Notes: generated by a model not told the origin, from the sequence alone. Counted from the whole stretch's first letter, positions 38,801 to 53,611 are shown. The stretch is 62,841 nucleotides of DNA, filler included, from Choristocarpus tenellus KU-1152 (GCA_964200185.2; 11 parts of 11 records of this genome joined end to end with filler, not necessarily neighbours in it), one strand, 5' to 3'. Program-made: numbers and translations.

Positions 38801-41800
38801 TGGGCAAGACAACTCTTGCAAGTAGAGCATGTAACAATTGAAGCCGTCCCAGTGCTTGGATGGATGAAAGGAGGTAACCCCGGAAGGCCAATGCCACCAA
38901 ACAGAGGATGAGGAGGTTTACTATGGAGTTGGGGTTGAGACCATGCTGCAAGTCATCACGCCTCCATCTCTGACCTCTTGATTGATAGGGTAGTCTTGAT
39001 GATGAGCAGCATCTTGAAAAATGGCACTGAGCATGTGTTGGACTACATGTTTGACTGAGTTCATCTGGTCTCCACTGTCTTTGTGGTTTACCTCATCCTT
39101 GGGGAGGCACCACCAACTTGCCCAGTCACCAAATGTTCAAACCCTTGATCTCAGATTCTTCTCAGTGCAGACCGGGTCATATTTAGTTTATGTAGACATT
39201 GTTGGGGATTTCGGAAGGATACGACACTTAGAGGCATGGAATTCTGGCAGAGCCTCTTCGCAGAGTGTAGGACTGAGCTGAACAACTTTGGGTGACAACG
39301 ACTTTGTGAGAGTACACAAGAAGCAAGAGGATCAGCTGAGATGAGTGTGTGTGTATGTAAGTTCTTGGTGGCCAAGACAATACTTTGTTTGGAGGGTTTG
39401 GCGAATAAGGAAATTCTTAAAGTTTGCTTACTTGCTTTGCACCTAATTTCATGTTGAGGTAATGACAAGATATAGTAACATATTGTGTATTCCCTGTCCT
39501 TGTTTCGCCCAAGGTTTGGTGTACCAGGTTGCTTTTATCATTGTTGCATTATTCTAGCAAACCACAGTAGGATTCAGGCACTGAAGAGGAGGATGCTAAT
39601 ATTGATCATTCAAACAGCAACGTTGAGTACTGGTGAGGTACATAAGCCAGGTGTACTGAGGTTGACATGCGTGAGCCTGTGGTGTGTAATTTATCACCCC
39701 CTGTCGATTTTTGTTTATTCTGGCCTCTGTGGTAGTTGCCTCTTTGTATACCCAGGTAGCTCTAGTTAATTTGCATTCTAGTGTTATTTTTAGGTACTGT
39801 TGCTGTTTTTGTGCTATTTGTGGAGTGTGTAATCACACCACAAACTTGCGACTGTCAGAAATATCTTGGAACTTGGTCAGTTTGAATTCCAAACCTTGAA
39901 ATTGGGGAGTTTATTTACATTATCTATATGAATCAGCACTATGCCTTGAAACAGAATGTGTGACTGTAGGTACAATTGGACTGAGATCCTCAGTCAATAA
40001 TATATTTTAATATTAAAGAACTACCACCTCCAATCCACAAGTCCTGGTTGAGGTTGGTAACAAAAGAATGATGTGATGTTTTGAATGGTTGGCATTGTTT
40101 ATGTATGAAACATTCGTGTCTTAATTGTTGTCGTTGCTATCAAATTTCTACTTCAAAGTGTTCAAGAGCGCCTTGTTGGCTATACTCCTTGCCGTTTTTC
40201 AAAGGTTTGCACTACTGCTGCACTGCAATGCCCATATGTGGCACAGACATCAAGCAGGTGCAGCAACTTGAGGCAGTTATTATGGGAAGTGGTAATAAAC
40301 TTGCAACAACCTGCAGTTGCATACTATGATGTTTAGAACTGTCCCATAGTGTAGAAGATGTGCCAGTTACAGTGAACATAATGTGGTGCTAAATTGAAGT
40401 GAGCATTTTATGAGTTTGTCAAAGGCTTGTCAAGGGGAGGGGATATCCTGTTGACTGTGGGACCATTTCTTATGGTTGAGGTGTATAGTTTCCTGTTAAA
40501 CTTGAAGCAAATCCCTACAGAACTATAGTATCTCCATCATGCAACGAGGGGATTGTCTCGGCATGTGTTACAACTAAAATTGGTCTGCATATCAAGACAC
40601 TAAGGACAGGTAGAGCCTAGAGAGATCCACAGATATCATTGACTCAAGAATTGAAGGAAATTTGTCTACTACTCTTGCACCTTTTGAGGACACGTTGAAC
40701 ATGAAGAAGGCTAATGAGCAGGATGAGAACATTTTTTTATCTTCTATTTTGTCAACAATTGCTGTTGATCTCTATATGCTCATATGGACTATGAGAATGG
40801 ACAACAAGTGTTAAGAAGGGAAGGACAGTTGAGGATTACAAGGATATTGTGTGTGTGTAATATTTAAATAATATTGTAATAGTACATGTATCTGTTTGTC
40901 TCGTGTGTTGTTTTAATTTTTATATTATTTTTTTATTATTTTTAGGCATTCTGCTCTCTTGTATGTAGTTGTCTCTTATACATCATTTTTGGTGCTCAAA
41001 TAATACTTCTGTCTATAGTAAACGTCTGTAATAATTTATGGTTATGAGATCATTCAACATCAGTCTTCTCACTAGTGCATTTAAAATGGACACGTTCCAG
41101 GTGAGCATTTGCCAATCTACTCCCAGGTATGCTTGTCCTCAAAAGAAGAAATACCTCCAACCCATGGCATGCACTCCAAAACCTGCCAGGCATAGTTTTA
41201 GCATATACACCTCCATGCATCCTCCACAATTGTGGAGACAGGGATATCTATCCACAGGATCTTTTTATTACTTCATTCTGAAGCCTCCCTATGGACAACT
41301 GTCACACACCTACACACACACACATACGCACCCTTATGTAGGTGAACGTGACTCCAAAGCCGCAGACACACCCACGCGTACACCAACAATTTGCCAAAGA
41401 CACAAGGAACCTCTGCTGAGGACCCATGTCGTTCTTCCTACTCTGATATCACCCCACATGTAGAAATCCCAGGGTTAGGCTTCCCTCCAATGAAAACGCT
41501 GTTTGTCTTATTATTATTTTGTTGTAAGCTTTACATCTTTACATCCTTGCAATTTCCATGGCAACAGAAAAAATAACAAGTAATTACAAACACCGGGTAT
41601 TCTTGTTGTGTTGGGCATTCCCCACAATCATGGATGTTATGCAACTGGAATTTTGGGCATGTTACTTGACACATGTATGTCATGCATGTATGTATGTGTT
41701 GGAATTCCCATGGCACAGTATCAAGTCAAGAGGAGGGAGGCTTTGTTTGTAGATGGCATTTGTTGTTCATAGGATTCCCTGTACGGAGTCATAAATGTGG

Positions 41801-44800
41801 AGTTTGGGGCCATGAACACGGCATGATGGGGTGCTGGAGTTAGCAACACCCCAGTACGCAACTTGGCAATATGTATAGTCTGATCCTCTACTACAATAAG
41901 AGGATGAGGAATAGATTATATATTTGCAGGGGGGGGTTCGGGCAGGGCATATTATAAATGACTAGAGATAGCTTCCATTCACCTTTCCCCTTCCGTTTCT
42001 CCACCCATGCAGCCCACAGTAACACTGCAGAGGGGGGAGGGGGTGAAGGGGGGGGGGGGTTAACTGTTAATGTTACTTGCTCCCAAACTGTACCCAGGNN
42101 NNNNNNNNNNNNNNNNNNNNNNNNNNNNNNNNNNNNNNNNNNTTAATTAATTAANNNNNNNNNNNNNNNNNNNNNNNNNNNNNNNNNNNNNNNNNNNNAG
42201 TGTGGAGGGGGAGGAAGTGGGGGTGGGGTGGGGGGGGGGGGGGGAGGGGGGGGGGGAAAGGACAAAGGAGACTGGGTAAAATTTACGATGATAGTTGATC
42301 TCCTTTGAGGGGAGGGGTAAGTGCGTTTTCAAGTGCTGGTGGGGTGTCTACAGTGTGTAGCATTGTAATGGTAGATGACTGACTGGTTTGATGATGTCTA
42401 CTACAAGCAGTTGTAGCAGCAGCAACTGTATCTGATGCCTTGGTGTCTCCATTTTTGAGTTCATGTAAGCGTGGACATTTTAGAGATTCTGGTTTCTTCT
42501 CTTGAAGGGCCGTGCAGGAGGGAGGGACCAGCTGGTTTCATTTTATGATCACAGGCAAAATAAATAGTGGTCAATTTTGGTTGGCAGTGCACAATGACTA
42601 TGTAAGAAATTGTTGGTGTTTTATTGTATATAGCACACTGTCAGCAATGGCATTTGTGTTGCCAAACCGTCCCACTGACCCCCTCCAATTTTTGGTCCGC
42701 GGCAGATATCAAGGATTCCCTGGATACATTTGTTAGCCCTCCCTCACTAAATAGGCCTGTTTGATTCACTGTTCATTAGAGCTCTGCCTTCTCCCTCATT
42801 TTGTTATGGAGAGTGGCACAGAGCACACATTTTGACTTGACCTTTTAACACTTAGTGCTAGAGCACACATGGAAGGTGTACCGCCTTTTGCTGCAATAAT
42901 GCAGGGTATTTTCTACCACAAGTAAAAGCTCTGACAATAGGTTCAAACACTTGTGAGTGGGTGTGTATGATTTCTTCCAGCAGTCGCAATGGACTTGTCC
43001 CTCTTAAGGAAGAAACTACAGCAACTCCCTACTGCGAAGCATTCCAGTCCATTGTCACGTGTTGCTCGTTCTCAAGGTGTGGTGGGTACTCTGTCCAACA
43101 CTGAAAATAATGGCGTTACAAAAATGGGCAAGGAGTATGTGGAGGAGCGTAAGGGTGAATTTGCTTATCCGACAATTACCATCATCTGGAGGATTGGATT
43201 TTTTCAGACAGATTCAATGAGCCAGCTAATTGGAGTTAGATTAGAGCAAGCCATAGTAGGTACTTGAACCCATAATAGTGGAGTTGGATGTGAACACGGC
43301 AAGTGTATTTACTTTGATGCTTTCCTCTTTCTTGCCTTTCGTTAATGTATCAAAGCAGTGTGGATATAGCCTATGAGTCGATCTCTCTGCTAGGAGGTAC
43401 TGAGCACTTGAGAGTGCTTGAAGGGGAGAACCACAGTATAGCCAGAGCAAAGATCAGTACAATTGGTGCCGCGTGTGATGAAAGACCTTATTGGTGGTCA
43501 AAAACTTGACAAGAACGATGGGTTCCTGGTTTATGGTTGCTCCTTAGCATCAATACTGCTTGTCTCTTTACACTGGGTGGAAATTGAGATTCATATATAT
43601 ATATGTTTTGGTAGTTGACGTGATGAACCGAAAATTGTATTATCCCACAGGACAACTTTGACCTGCTGGAAGCAGCTAAGGGTATGCCCTCGTTCAATCA
43701 GTCCATGATGAGCGAAATGGGCAGGAACTACAAAACATACCCGGAGAGATCACACAATATCTTGCTTCAATTTTGATACTTCACTCCTCTTGCCAAGATA
43801 TTTTTTGTTGTTTAATAATGACCGATACAAGAGTGTCAGGATCGATAATACAACAGTGAATCTTGAGCTTAGAACAGTCACCGCATCTTGTAAAATCTCA
43901 CATCCTATTAGGCAGGTACATGCCAAAACAGCAATGCCATAAGTGAGGTCGGATGTGAAGGTCAGAAGGGCGACGGAACAATACCCAGAGATACCTACCA
44001 ACTTACAATGATTTCATTTTCAAATCTCGGTATGAGGGACCATGAGTATTGCACCTCAACCTATATGACCACCTATCATGGATACTAAATGCCATGATGA
44101 GGAATGTTGATATGCTTTCTTTCTTGGCACATGTTAGTCTGCTGAGATTCCCTCCAATGGAAGTATACTCCACATGATAATTTGTTACTATTGTGTAGTT
44201 GATTTAACTTGGCATCATCAATAGGTATATTATTCCGTCTCTTATCATAATCAGCGGTATTGGGTGGATGTTTAGTACAAAAAAGAGGGACGGAGCGGGG
44301 GCACTTGTGTTGGTCAATTGTGCTGATCATTCCTGGTGTCTTTAAGACTCAAAATGCCTGCTGAGATCACCAAGGAGAACATCAAATACTCTTTAATGTT
44401 TTACCTGAATGAAACTCATCACACAAGGCTCTAAAATAAGGATGGAAGTTATAATTGGGAGACAACGAAGCACATTCCAGGAGCAAGAAACGTCATAAAA
44501 ATAAATAGATTTCTCTGCGATTGAGACCTCACTAAAATGTACCAATGCAACACTTTGAAGTATTGTAGTAACTGCGAGGTCAACTCGCTCGTTCCAGCAG
44601 CATTGCCCTCAATCTCCTGTTCAAAACTCATTTCACTCCACAATACAAACATAACAAGAAATAACAAGAGAGCCTAGGGCAAATTGCCACACGACATCAC
44701 ATTCCCACTCCACAATCGGCACAAGGTACCAACAGGTGACTTACGAGCAACAACACCCTCTCGCTATCAGGCACAAACCTACCCTCCCACAACTCTTATT

Positions 44801-45298
44801 ACACATACTCCGAAGAAAAAGATCCACCTCAAAACACAGCAGCATTCGAGACCGTTGTTAGGGTCTACTGCCCAGCACCGTATGGCTACCCAGTCCGTCA
44901 CTGATGATGTATGTAGCAATGTAGTAGTAAGGATCACGGTGACATACCACTCCACACAAAAACGGTTTCTTACTTGTGGAATTTGGGGTCATTTTGTGCT
45001 CCGCGAATTGAAACCATTTTTATCTACGAGACCAAGCCAAATCGACCAAAAAATTTCACACGCCTTCCATTGTAATTCCAAAACGATCATGGAGCCTCGC
45101 ATAAACCTATCTACCCAACCAGAGTGCACAATGCACATTTGGGAGAAAAACAAACAAACTGTCGAAAGCGGTCTCCTCAATGTTTGGTTTTTGATCAATT
45201 GCAAATAAATCAAACAAATTATTTCACAGCACTAGGATTATAGCATGGGCCAGGCAAAAAGAACACCAATAATCTTCAACGCTGGATCACAACCAAGT

Positions 45299-45482
45299 GG
45301 CTCAAAGTATCTGGGGGGGAGGGGGTCTACACCAGGGTCTCCATTTGGGCCCTGAAAACAAGAAGTGCACCAAGACTATATCCATCTGACGCATGCAACC
45401 AAATCACCTCAAAATTGCGACATAGAAAAATGGACCCCAACTGGACAGCTGCCACCCCCCCCGCCCCCAGATACTTCGAGCC
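45299..45482. mobile_element. MITE B, full standalone copy (184 bp)
   Basis: GGCTCAAAGTATCTGGGGG ... CCCCCAGATACTTCGAGCC with AGT on both flanks. Confidence 0.9.
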
Positions 45483-46255
45483 AGTGCATTGTATGTTCCT
45501 TTCCATCTATACCACTATTAGAGTAGTTAAAGTTCTACCTCCTCCTGCAATACACCAGTGCCAGGGTGGCAGGAGAGTCCTTCCAGTTGAGCAGCAAGAG
45601 GGGCCATGGGTGGCACAATATCAATAGCATTTACGATTTTCGTACTCAATCTCTTTATTTCTATGTAGCATATGCTATGCACCACTTACAAGGTAGCTAA
45701 AAAACACCTCAAAAAACCCCTTCGAGTTGGAGTTAGGGTTAGGGTAATCTAATCTTTTAGTGTGCAATGCTGAAGCACGTATGACTAGAGTCATTCAGTC
45801 AAGAATTGCAAAGGCAAAAACTCATAAAACCTTGAGTTGAGACATCATTCACGTCACCAACACCCATCAAGCAAACATTGATGCCTACAGGAATGAGAGC
45901 AAATGCTGTTGCGAGTTCACTTGCATGATGTTCTTGATTTTATAAAATGGAAGTTTTACGCATTGCTCATCCTTAAAAAAAGAGAGTTAGCAAGCACGCG
46001 CAACCAACTCTGAGCACAACACACACCCTCTACAATGCACCGAGCGAAACACAACAAAGGAGAGCCAGTCTACACAACAAAAAAACAAAAAGCAAAGCAC
46101 GCCTCCTCCAACAGTCCTCAAAAAATGTACACGCAAGCTCTGTCAGAACAGAGAGGAGTTGCATGCCACCCTCACCCTCCCCTAACTCAACTCCTCTTCT
46201 TTTCTTTTTTTCTCCTCCATGCAAGTAAAATACCTCAGGACCTCGCCAGTCCCAC

Positions 46256-46373
46256 TCAGCCACGCAGCGCGCTGGTGTTGAACTCCCCAGCAAACACGGA
46301 GGCATCTTCCTGCCCCGCCTTCTGCACCAGGTCAAAGCGTTCCATGCACGTGAAGACTATTCTCAGGTACGAC
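46256..46373 (-). CDS. Possible terminal exon of an unidentified gene
   Basis: Acceptor cacag followed by SYLRIVFTCMERFDLVQKAGQEDASVFAGEFNTSALRG-stop in GC-richer sequence; no recognised domain. Confidence 0.3.
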
Positions 46374-46520
46374 CTGTGAGACCGCAAGGGGAAAAGATAC
46401 ACCTTCCTTTTTAAAAAAGAACCAGATGAAAAAATAAAGGGTGCACACACACGCCATCCACTAATGACATGCCAAATTTATCTATCACGCACATGCCTAC
46501 AGCAAGGGCAATACAACTAC

Positions 46521-46551
<31 letters not shown>

Positions 46552-47070
46552 CATATATTCCTTTTTCTCATGACCCAATCTCCACGAGGGAGGGGCTCAG
46601 ATCGCTCGCAACAACAGGTGCGTAAGGCAAGGGAGACGAGAAGTGAGGCAATCGAGACAGAGTCAAATTGTGTGAGCGACCTTTATTTGGCGCAAGGGGG
46701 AGGGGGAGGGGGAGGGGGAGGGGGAGAGGGGGCAAAAAGGCAGTGGTGATTGGTGTCAGGTTTCAGAGTTTGACAACACGGGNNNNNNNNNNNNNNNNNN
46801 NNNNNNNNNNNNNNNNNNNNNNNNNNTTAATTAATTAANNNNNNNNNNNNNNNNNNNNNNNNNNNNNNNNNNNNNNNNNNNNCAAAAAAAAAAAGATGTT
46901 TCAGGCATCTCGCCCCTCTCGCGACCCCCTGTACATCACATCACGCATCCGTGGTTACAGTAGGAGGCGTTGCTCTTTTTTCCAACCTCCTGCCCCAATG
47001 CACCCCCACAAGCCTTTTTCAGACACAAAAAACGATCTGTTTCTGCACTGCACGGACTTGCGAACTCCAG

Positions 47071-47286
47071 GATAGCACAGGCGATGGCAGCATCTCCTAT
47101 CAGGAGTTCTTACAATTCGTTGGGGAGGAGGTGCGAGAAAGGAGCCCCTGCCCTTCACGCAGCCCGTTCCGCTCTAGGAGTCCTGCCAGAGGCAGAGCAA
47201 GGGAAGGAGAGGGTCCGATCCAAACGCCACCCAGGGTTATACGCACTCCAACAAGAAGAAGCTCGGAGAGGCGCAGAAGGGGATAA
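47071..47286 (+). CDS. Terminal exon of an EF-hand protein with an Arg/Ser-rich tail
   Basis: ctccag|DSTGDGSISYQEF is a canonical EF-hand loop; upstream exons lie beyond the contig end. Confidence 0.65.
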   Translation, partial: DSTGDGSISYQEFLQFVGEEVRERSPCPSRSPFRSRSPARGRAREGEGPIQTPPRVIRTPTRRSSERRRRG

Positions 47287-49433
47287 CGCAGGACAAGCAA
47301 ACTCCGCTCTATCAGACAGCCGCTGTACGGACATACGGTTGGTTGTACACACAGACTTAAAAAAGGCACAAAGTGTGCTTGCTTTCCGAGGTCGGAGTAT
47401 TTGGATGTATGCCCGAAGTATCACTGCAAAGGGGCATGTGTGTTGTGTGTGTGTGTGTGTGTGTGTGTGCCAGGGGGCAACACATGCTCAGCTCTTGACC
47501 ATTGACACAGTGTGTATTCATCTTTGTGTCTAACACAGCAAGGTGGAGGTTGTGTGAACCCCTGCTGCGGTGGTTTCTGAGAACTGTACGGGGTACAAGG
47601 AGCTTCATTTTGCGATTGTGCTCTTCCATATGACACAACATGCATAATAATAATAATAATAATTACTACCTCGAAGTATTATTGTGATCATTTTTTTTTC
47701 ACTCCTAACCAAAAAAATATATATATTTTTTGCAGGATCTGACGGCAGGAATGGATGAGGTGGACGGTGGCAGTATCCACATTTGACTGACTTTGTGGCC
47801 TGGCCATCACACTACTCCCGATGAAACCGCCGAGCGCCCACAGTATATGCGTGTATGCTCTTTTGCTCTGAGCAGCTTCCCTACCTCACTCCCTCATTCT
47901 CGACATGGATCTACAACCATCGTATTTTGACTTGCTGTGTGTGGATCCTCTCGACAAAAACACTCCATCCCCATCAGAACGTCCCAAACCGTACGCCTCC
48001 GAAGTGAAAAAAAAAGAAAAGAAGATGATGTCACAGGCAGGTTGAACGCCCAGGTTCCAGAGCAGCACACTAGGGCAGCAAGGCCAGTGCTTCACATGCA
48101 CCACATACTCCGAGCAGGAACTAGCAGTAGCGCTGACATGTCGCTGGAACGAAATTAACTGCCTTCTAACCACAACCAGAAACGATGCGCTTGTACCTTG
48201 CTGCTTGGAAGCACTCCCTTTTGCTACCCCCCTCCAAAATCATAGTCCAGTCTATATTTTGACATTAAATGCACTTGTCTGTCTACCTGTCCGCTTTGTG
48301 TGACACCCACCCGACCCGTTCAAAGAACCGGATGGTTTGCTTGCAAATAAGAGGCCACAAAATAATGTGTGTGTGTGTGTGTGTGTGTCTGTGTGTTTGT
48401 TTTGTTTTTTGTTTAAATGCCGAACGATGAGGATTTATTCTGCTGATCTCACCATCATACATTTTGCTTAATTGTGTCTCTACCCACAATGATATCCATC
48501 AATCTGAAGAGAAGAGGACCGTTGGTACAACAGGTTCCTTATAAAAAGCCTAAAAACACTTGATAAAAGGAAAGTCCATATTTTCCCGCCATTGTCTGTA
48601 CACCACCAGCAAGTGCAAATAAAAATAAAATACTTCCAAATGAGCAAAAATTTGTTGCTCTTAAATTTAATTCGAAAAAATATAATCAACGAGATTTGAA
48701 AGTTGATGGGGGGGTACACACAATGATGCCCTTTAGTCGGAGGAGCACTCAAAAACAAGAGAGAGCAATTATTTCTAGAGACAGTGGAGGTGAAGAGGCT
48801 CTTCATACACACTCATCCGTCCCATACCCAAATCCATTACACTAACATATTTCCTACAGAATTAAGGCAAACACGCATCCAACTACTCCCTTCCCCCTTC
48901 CCCCCCCCCAAAAAAAACAAACTTGAGATGCAGTCAAACTCCCTCCCTCACTCCTAGAAAACCCCAGGGGTACTAAAAAAATTGAATTGTCTGCAGTACC
49001 AACAAGTTACTACTAGTAGTGTACCAGAGACCATCAGGTGAACCCAGCAGCATGATATCACCAGTCCAGACCAGACAACACTGAACCAACTGCAGTCAGT
49101 GTATCAACCCAATCTCACACAATATGGAGGCGTATTTGATACATAAAGGTTAATAGCCGCAGCGTAAACATAAATGTAAAAGGATAAAAAAAAAAAACAG
49201 GTCTGTATTTATTAACGCTCTCTCTACACTGCTGGTGAGAGTGTTAGCTAGGTGATCCAATGAATAGAAGTGTACTAATGTAGCATATCGTATAAAAAAC
49301 ACTTCCACTAGCACACACAACTTACAAATACACAGTATCGTACTTCATGGGTACCTATGCTTAATGATACAAAGCAACCCACCACCATGGCACCACCGTC
49401 TGCCACCTCGAAAGTTGGTCACAACCATTGAAG

Positions 49434-49464
<31 letters not shown>

Positions 49465-51517
49465 TTTAAAAAACAAAAAAAAAAAGACAAACAAAAAAAA
49501 AAAAAAANNNNNNNNNNNNNNNNNNNNNNNNNNNNNNNNNNNNNNNNNNNNTTAATTAATTAANNNNNNNNNNNNNNNNNNNNNNNNNNNNNNNNNNNNN
49601 NNNNNNNGGTGATTCTCTTCACCACCCTTGCCTGAGTGAACCACGCCGCCACAGAATCACACGATTCACAATTCGGAGTATATTGTCTACTTCTTACCTA
49701 TAGCGTTCAGAAGTTCAATACACTACATCATCCATACAGAGGTAATTGTAAAAGATCGAGATGATAGTGCATGGTCTACCCTATATGGACCTCTAACAAC
49801 TCCTCGGCTGGATTGCCCTCTAACAACGACGTACACCTATTAACTTGATAAATACAAATTATGTTCTTATATCATAACAGTCGTACATGTGGGATGGAAT
49901 TTTTGAGTTGGTTTTGTATATTACAACTGGTAACAAACTTTTTCGTGCTATGTTGAATGAGTTATCAAGGGGATGAATTGTGAGGCGGACTGAATAGCCG
50001 TTTCCAGAGTAAGGATGTGGATAACAGCATGAATAGGAACTGCAATGACGTTTGTGGAATTTGAGCTTTGTCTACATTGTTGTATGTGTACCTGTATGAA
50101 AGGCTTCAAGTCCAAAGTTCGAAAAAATTGGACTGGAAAACCAATTTGAAGGGAAAGACAACAAATCCTCAAGGCCAAGAGAACCAAGTATCAACTGAAG
50201 GAGCCAATGAAAAGCAACGGCGAAGAATGGAATGAGTACACATGCGGCACCCAACACAGCCTTGTATACCACCCTACACCCAAATCCTTCTACAATGGTG
50301 TCTGAATGGAAAGCAAAAATGACTTCAAACTCCAGGAAAGGAGAAAATGAGGCACAGGATGCAACCTCCACCTTTATTGCTCTATATCGATCTAAAGAAG
50401 AAATCACTTTCTGTGCCCTGAAACCTTTCCCAGAATGTCAAAATCCCAACAAAACAAGTGCAAATCCCAGCAGAAGGCTCTATTGCATACAACCATATTC
50501 ATTGCAACTGCAGAAGGATGGGAGAACAAATACATGCCGAGATGGAGCCCTCGTTAATTGAATTCTAGCACCGTTCCAGCCACGTCCATTGTAGACGTGA
50601 GAGTCACTCATGAAGGTGCAGGACGAAGTGGTGAATGAGTGCCAGCTTCCGATTGGAGAGGGGGAGGGTGTGAGGGGTTCACCATACTACTGCATTGGTA
50701 CACCGGAATGAACACATACAGGTGACCTACATAGTACCGTCAATACACAACAGTACATAGTATGCAGCTGATAGATCCTTCGCACAAACATCTCAATTCA
50801 CGATGCCTTGCATCACATCAAATAATTACCCCTTGCATGTACCCCACAACAAGAAAAATATATCTCAACAAGATTCACCAATCTAGTGTTTTCAGATGCA
50901 CCAACCAGGTGCCTTGCTGAACAATGGTTGGTGGATGGGTTAGGGGCATATCCCACCATGGTCAGGAACGTCCACCTGACCTCGCTTGAGGGGCTTGACG
51001 TGGAGTCTCATGCTGACCCAGCCTGGCCTGCTTCGTCATGTGCTTACGCGTGACTGAACAGGTCTTGTCCGCTGCTCTATCTAGCCAATTTCAGCCCAGG
51101 ATAACTATCCCTGACATGTGGGGGTAAGAGGAATGGCATAACTAAAGAAGAGCCTTGGGATTGCACAACACTCTGAGGCGAACACCCACTCAGTGACCTC
51201 ATTTTACCTTGAGCTGTGGGGATGTGCTTCATGTAGTTCGAGCCTCATTGCGCAAGTGCTTTAAAACCATACTTGTAGTTAGGTCATTGGCCTCCTTGAT
51301 TCCTGATACTTGTAACTGAAAGCAGAGGTTCCTTGATTTTTATTGCCCCCCTTAACGAGCACAAGACAAACTAGCTGGTGGTGGTAGCTCGGATGGAGGA
51401 TTCTTCCCGCTAGTTTATTGGCGAATATTTCAGGTAATAGTTACTTTCTTTTTATGCTAGCTCCATGACTACACGATCACATCTCAAATGCACTTCCGAG
51501 GGCATAGAATACTTCTA

Positions 51518-53196
51518 CCTCTGTGCCATAAGTCTGTGCTGCGTTGTCCATTTTGAAGATGTTGATGAAATTCATTTCTGAAAGAAGATTTGAAATCCTT
51601 GACTAATTTCCGGTTAGGGCCAGCTCTTTCTATTCTTATTACTCCGCATCTACCACAATTTTATCAATCACAGAAAAATCCTCCATGTCTACCTTCGGCG
51701 TGTTTTCAAGCTCACCAGACAATTGCCTTTTCCTTACCCCTGTGTGCTCCACACTGAAGTCACTCCCCCCATTTTGTCTAAGTTCTTCATTGTGCACCAC
51801 AAAAAGGATTTGCCAAGCCCTCTCAAGCGTGGTTTCATCACATTCCTCATACTGTTTCTTAATTACCTTCACCATCTCCTCATGGACCCAAATCGCTCCT
51901 ATCACCGGGCATTTCAAAGACCCGAAGAAGACAGGTCTATGATATTGAGGTCAGGGTAGTTAGATGACTGGGTCACAAGCCTAATCGACCACCCCTCAGT
52001 CTTCCCTGCCCTTGACAAGATTCCTGAGTTGCCATTGCCCGTGTGGGGGGTAGCACCGTCTTGCTGAGCAACAACGGGCTTCCCTCGCAACCAAGGCATC
52101 TTGATCTTGATTGCAGGCAGTAACTCCTCCGTGTACCACTTCTTACAAATGGTCAAAATTACAGTCCTGCTCATACACATCCCCCTTTTTATGGTTCTTG
52201 CTTGTCCTGTCTGCCGTTTTTGGCGCACACACACACCAAACACCAAGCTTTCCATCAAAGCTGTGAGCCGAATCTGGGCGGGCTTTGGCTGCAATGATTA
52301 TGGTTTTGGGGATATGACTCTTGTGTTGCACAGTAAGGGACCCTGGAAGGTCGCTATCATTCTCATGCGGAAATACTCTAACCCTTTCCCCATCAGTCAT
52401 CACGTAAAACAGGTGTTGGTCACATGGATCGAATTTTCCATGGAGGCGTACATACCACGTTTTCAGTCCACTTGATCGCAAACAAAGTCCATTCTCCATA
52501 CCTTTTGCCAAGATTTAAGCTTGGGTTTGATCCAGCGGTGATTCAGCATGGTCCCCATATCATCCAACCACCTGTTTATGGTGCTCTTCCTATAATTCAG
52601 CCCCTTGGCGACCATCTTCGTTGTCACCTGATGCACTGTGGATGACCAATTATCGGAGTTGATACTATTTATTGCGGCCATCTTGGTCGGTGTGAGTTCC
52701 GAAGACCGCCTGCTACGTGCACCACTCCTAGGTCAAGAGTGTGTCCATGTGTGAGCTGATCGGTGACGTCCTTCCAGAGCCCTCACATGTAACGCTTGGA
52801 CATTCCAAACTTCGCTACAAGGGCCGACCCAACGTGTCGTGGCAGCTTATGTTCACCAGGGACCATCGTGAGGGCATGCCGCACTGCAAGTGCAACCCTG
52901 TTATTCAGGGACACTTGGGCACCCTTCCTATGCAGGGGGGTCGACGGGGGGGTTGCCATGCATGCCGGCATTCTCACCCTCGACGTGCCCAGTTCTGGCC
53001 TCAAAATCACCCCAGAAGACCCCTTCTTTGATGACTTGAAGCACCTCGAGTTTATACCTGATGATCCTCGATCCCCGCCTTTTCCGAAACCTGAGATTGT
53101 CAAACCGATTTCATTCTGTGGGGTTATCGTCCGATTCGGCGCCGTTCTCGCCCGGTGAGCCCAGATGTTTCGCGGCACAAACTTATGGCACAGAGG
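51518..53196 (-). mobile_element. Mariner-like (plant/oomycete DD39D-related) transposon, TIR to TIR, transposase frameshifted
   Basis: 26-bp TIRs CCTCTGTGCCATAAGTCTGTGCTGCG / CGCGGCACAAACTTATGGCACAGAGG; TA at left flank; VQHKSHIPK...ARP...FDGKLGVW, QQDGATPH and LVTQSSNYPDLNIID motifs. Confidence 0.9.
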
Positions 53197-53611
53197 TTTT
53201 ATTATTTATAGTAATATTGTTACAACGTGGAAGTCTCAGTAGGACCTCCATGTTACAGCACGCTTCAGAGGCTTACCTTCACAAGATGTATAGCTCCAAT
53301 CCGATTGTATAGCTCCAATCCACAAGCCTATAGATGACACTGATGCACGTATAGGACTTCTGATGTACAAGTCGTCAAATATGCTGGATCTCTCACTTGC
53401 ATTATTCCCTTCATAAGTATCATCAATAGCATCATATACAAGGAACTGGCAACGATGTACCATCTAACAGAGGATTTTCAAAATTGAGGATGGAGCGGGG
53501 CTATGAGGATGNNNNNNNNNNNNNNNNNNNNNNNNNNNNNNNNNNNNNNNNNNNNTTAATTAATTAANNNNNNNNNNNNNNNNNNNNNNNNNNNNNNNNN
53601 NNNNNNNNNNN

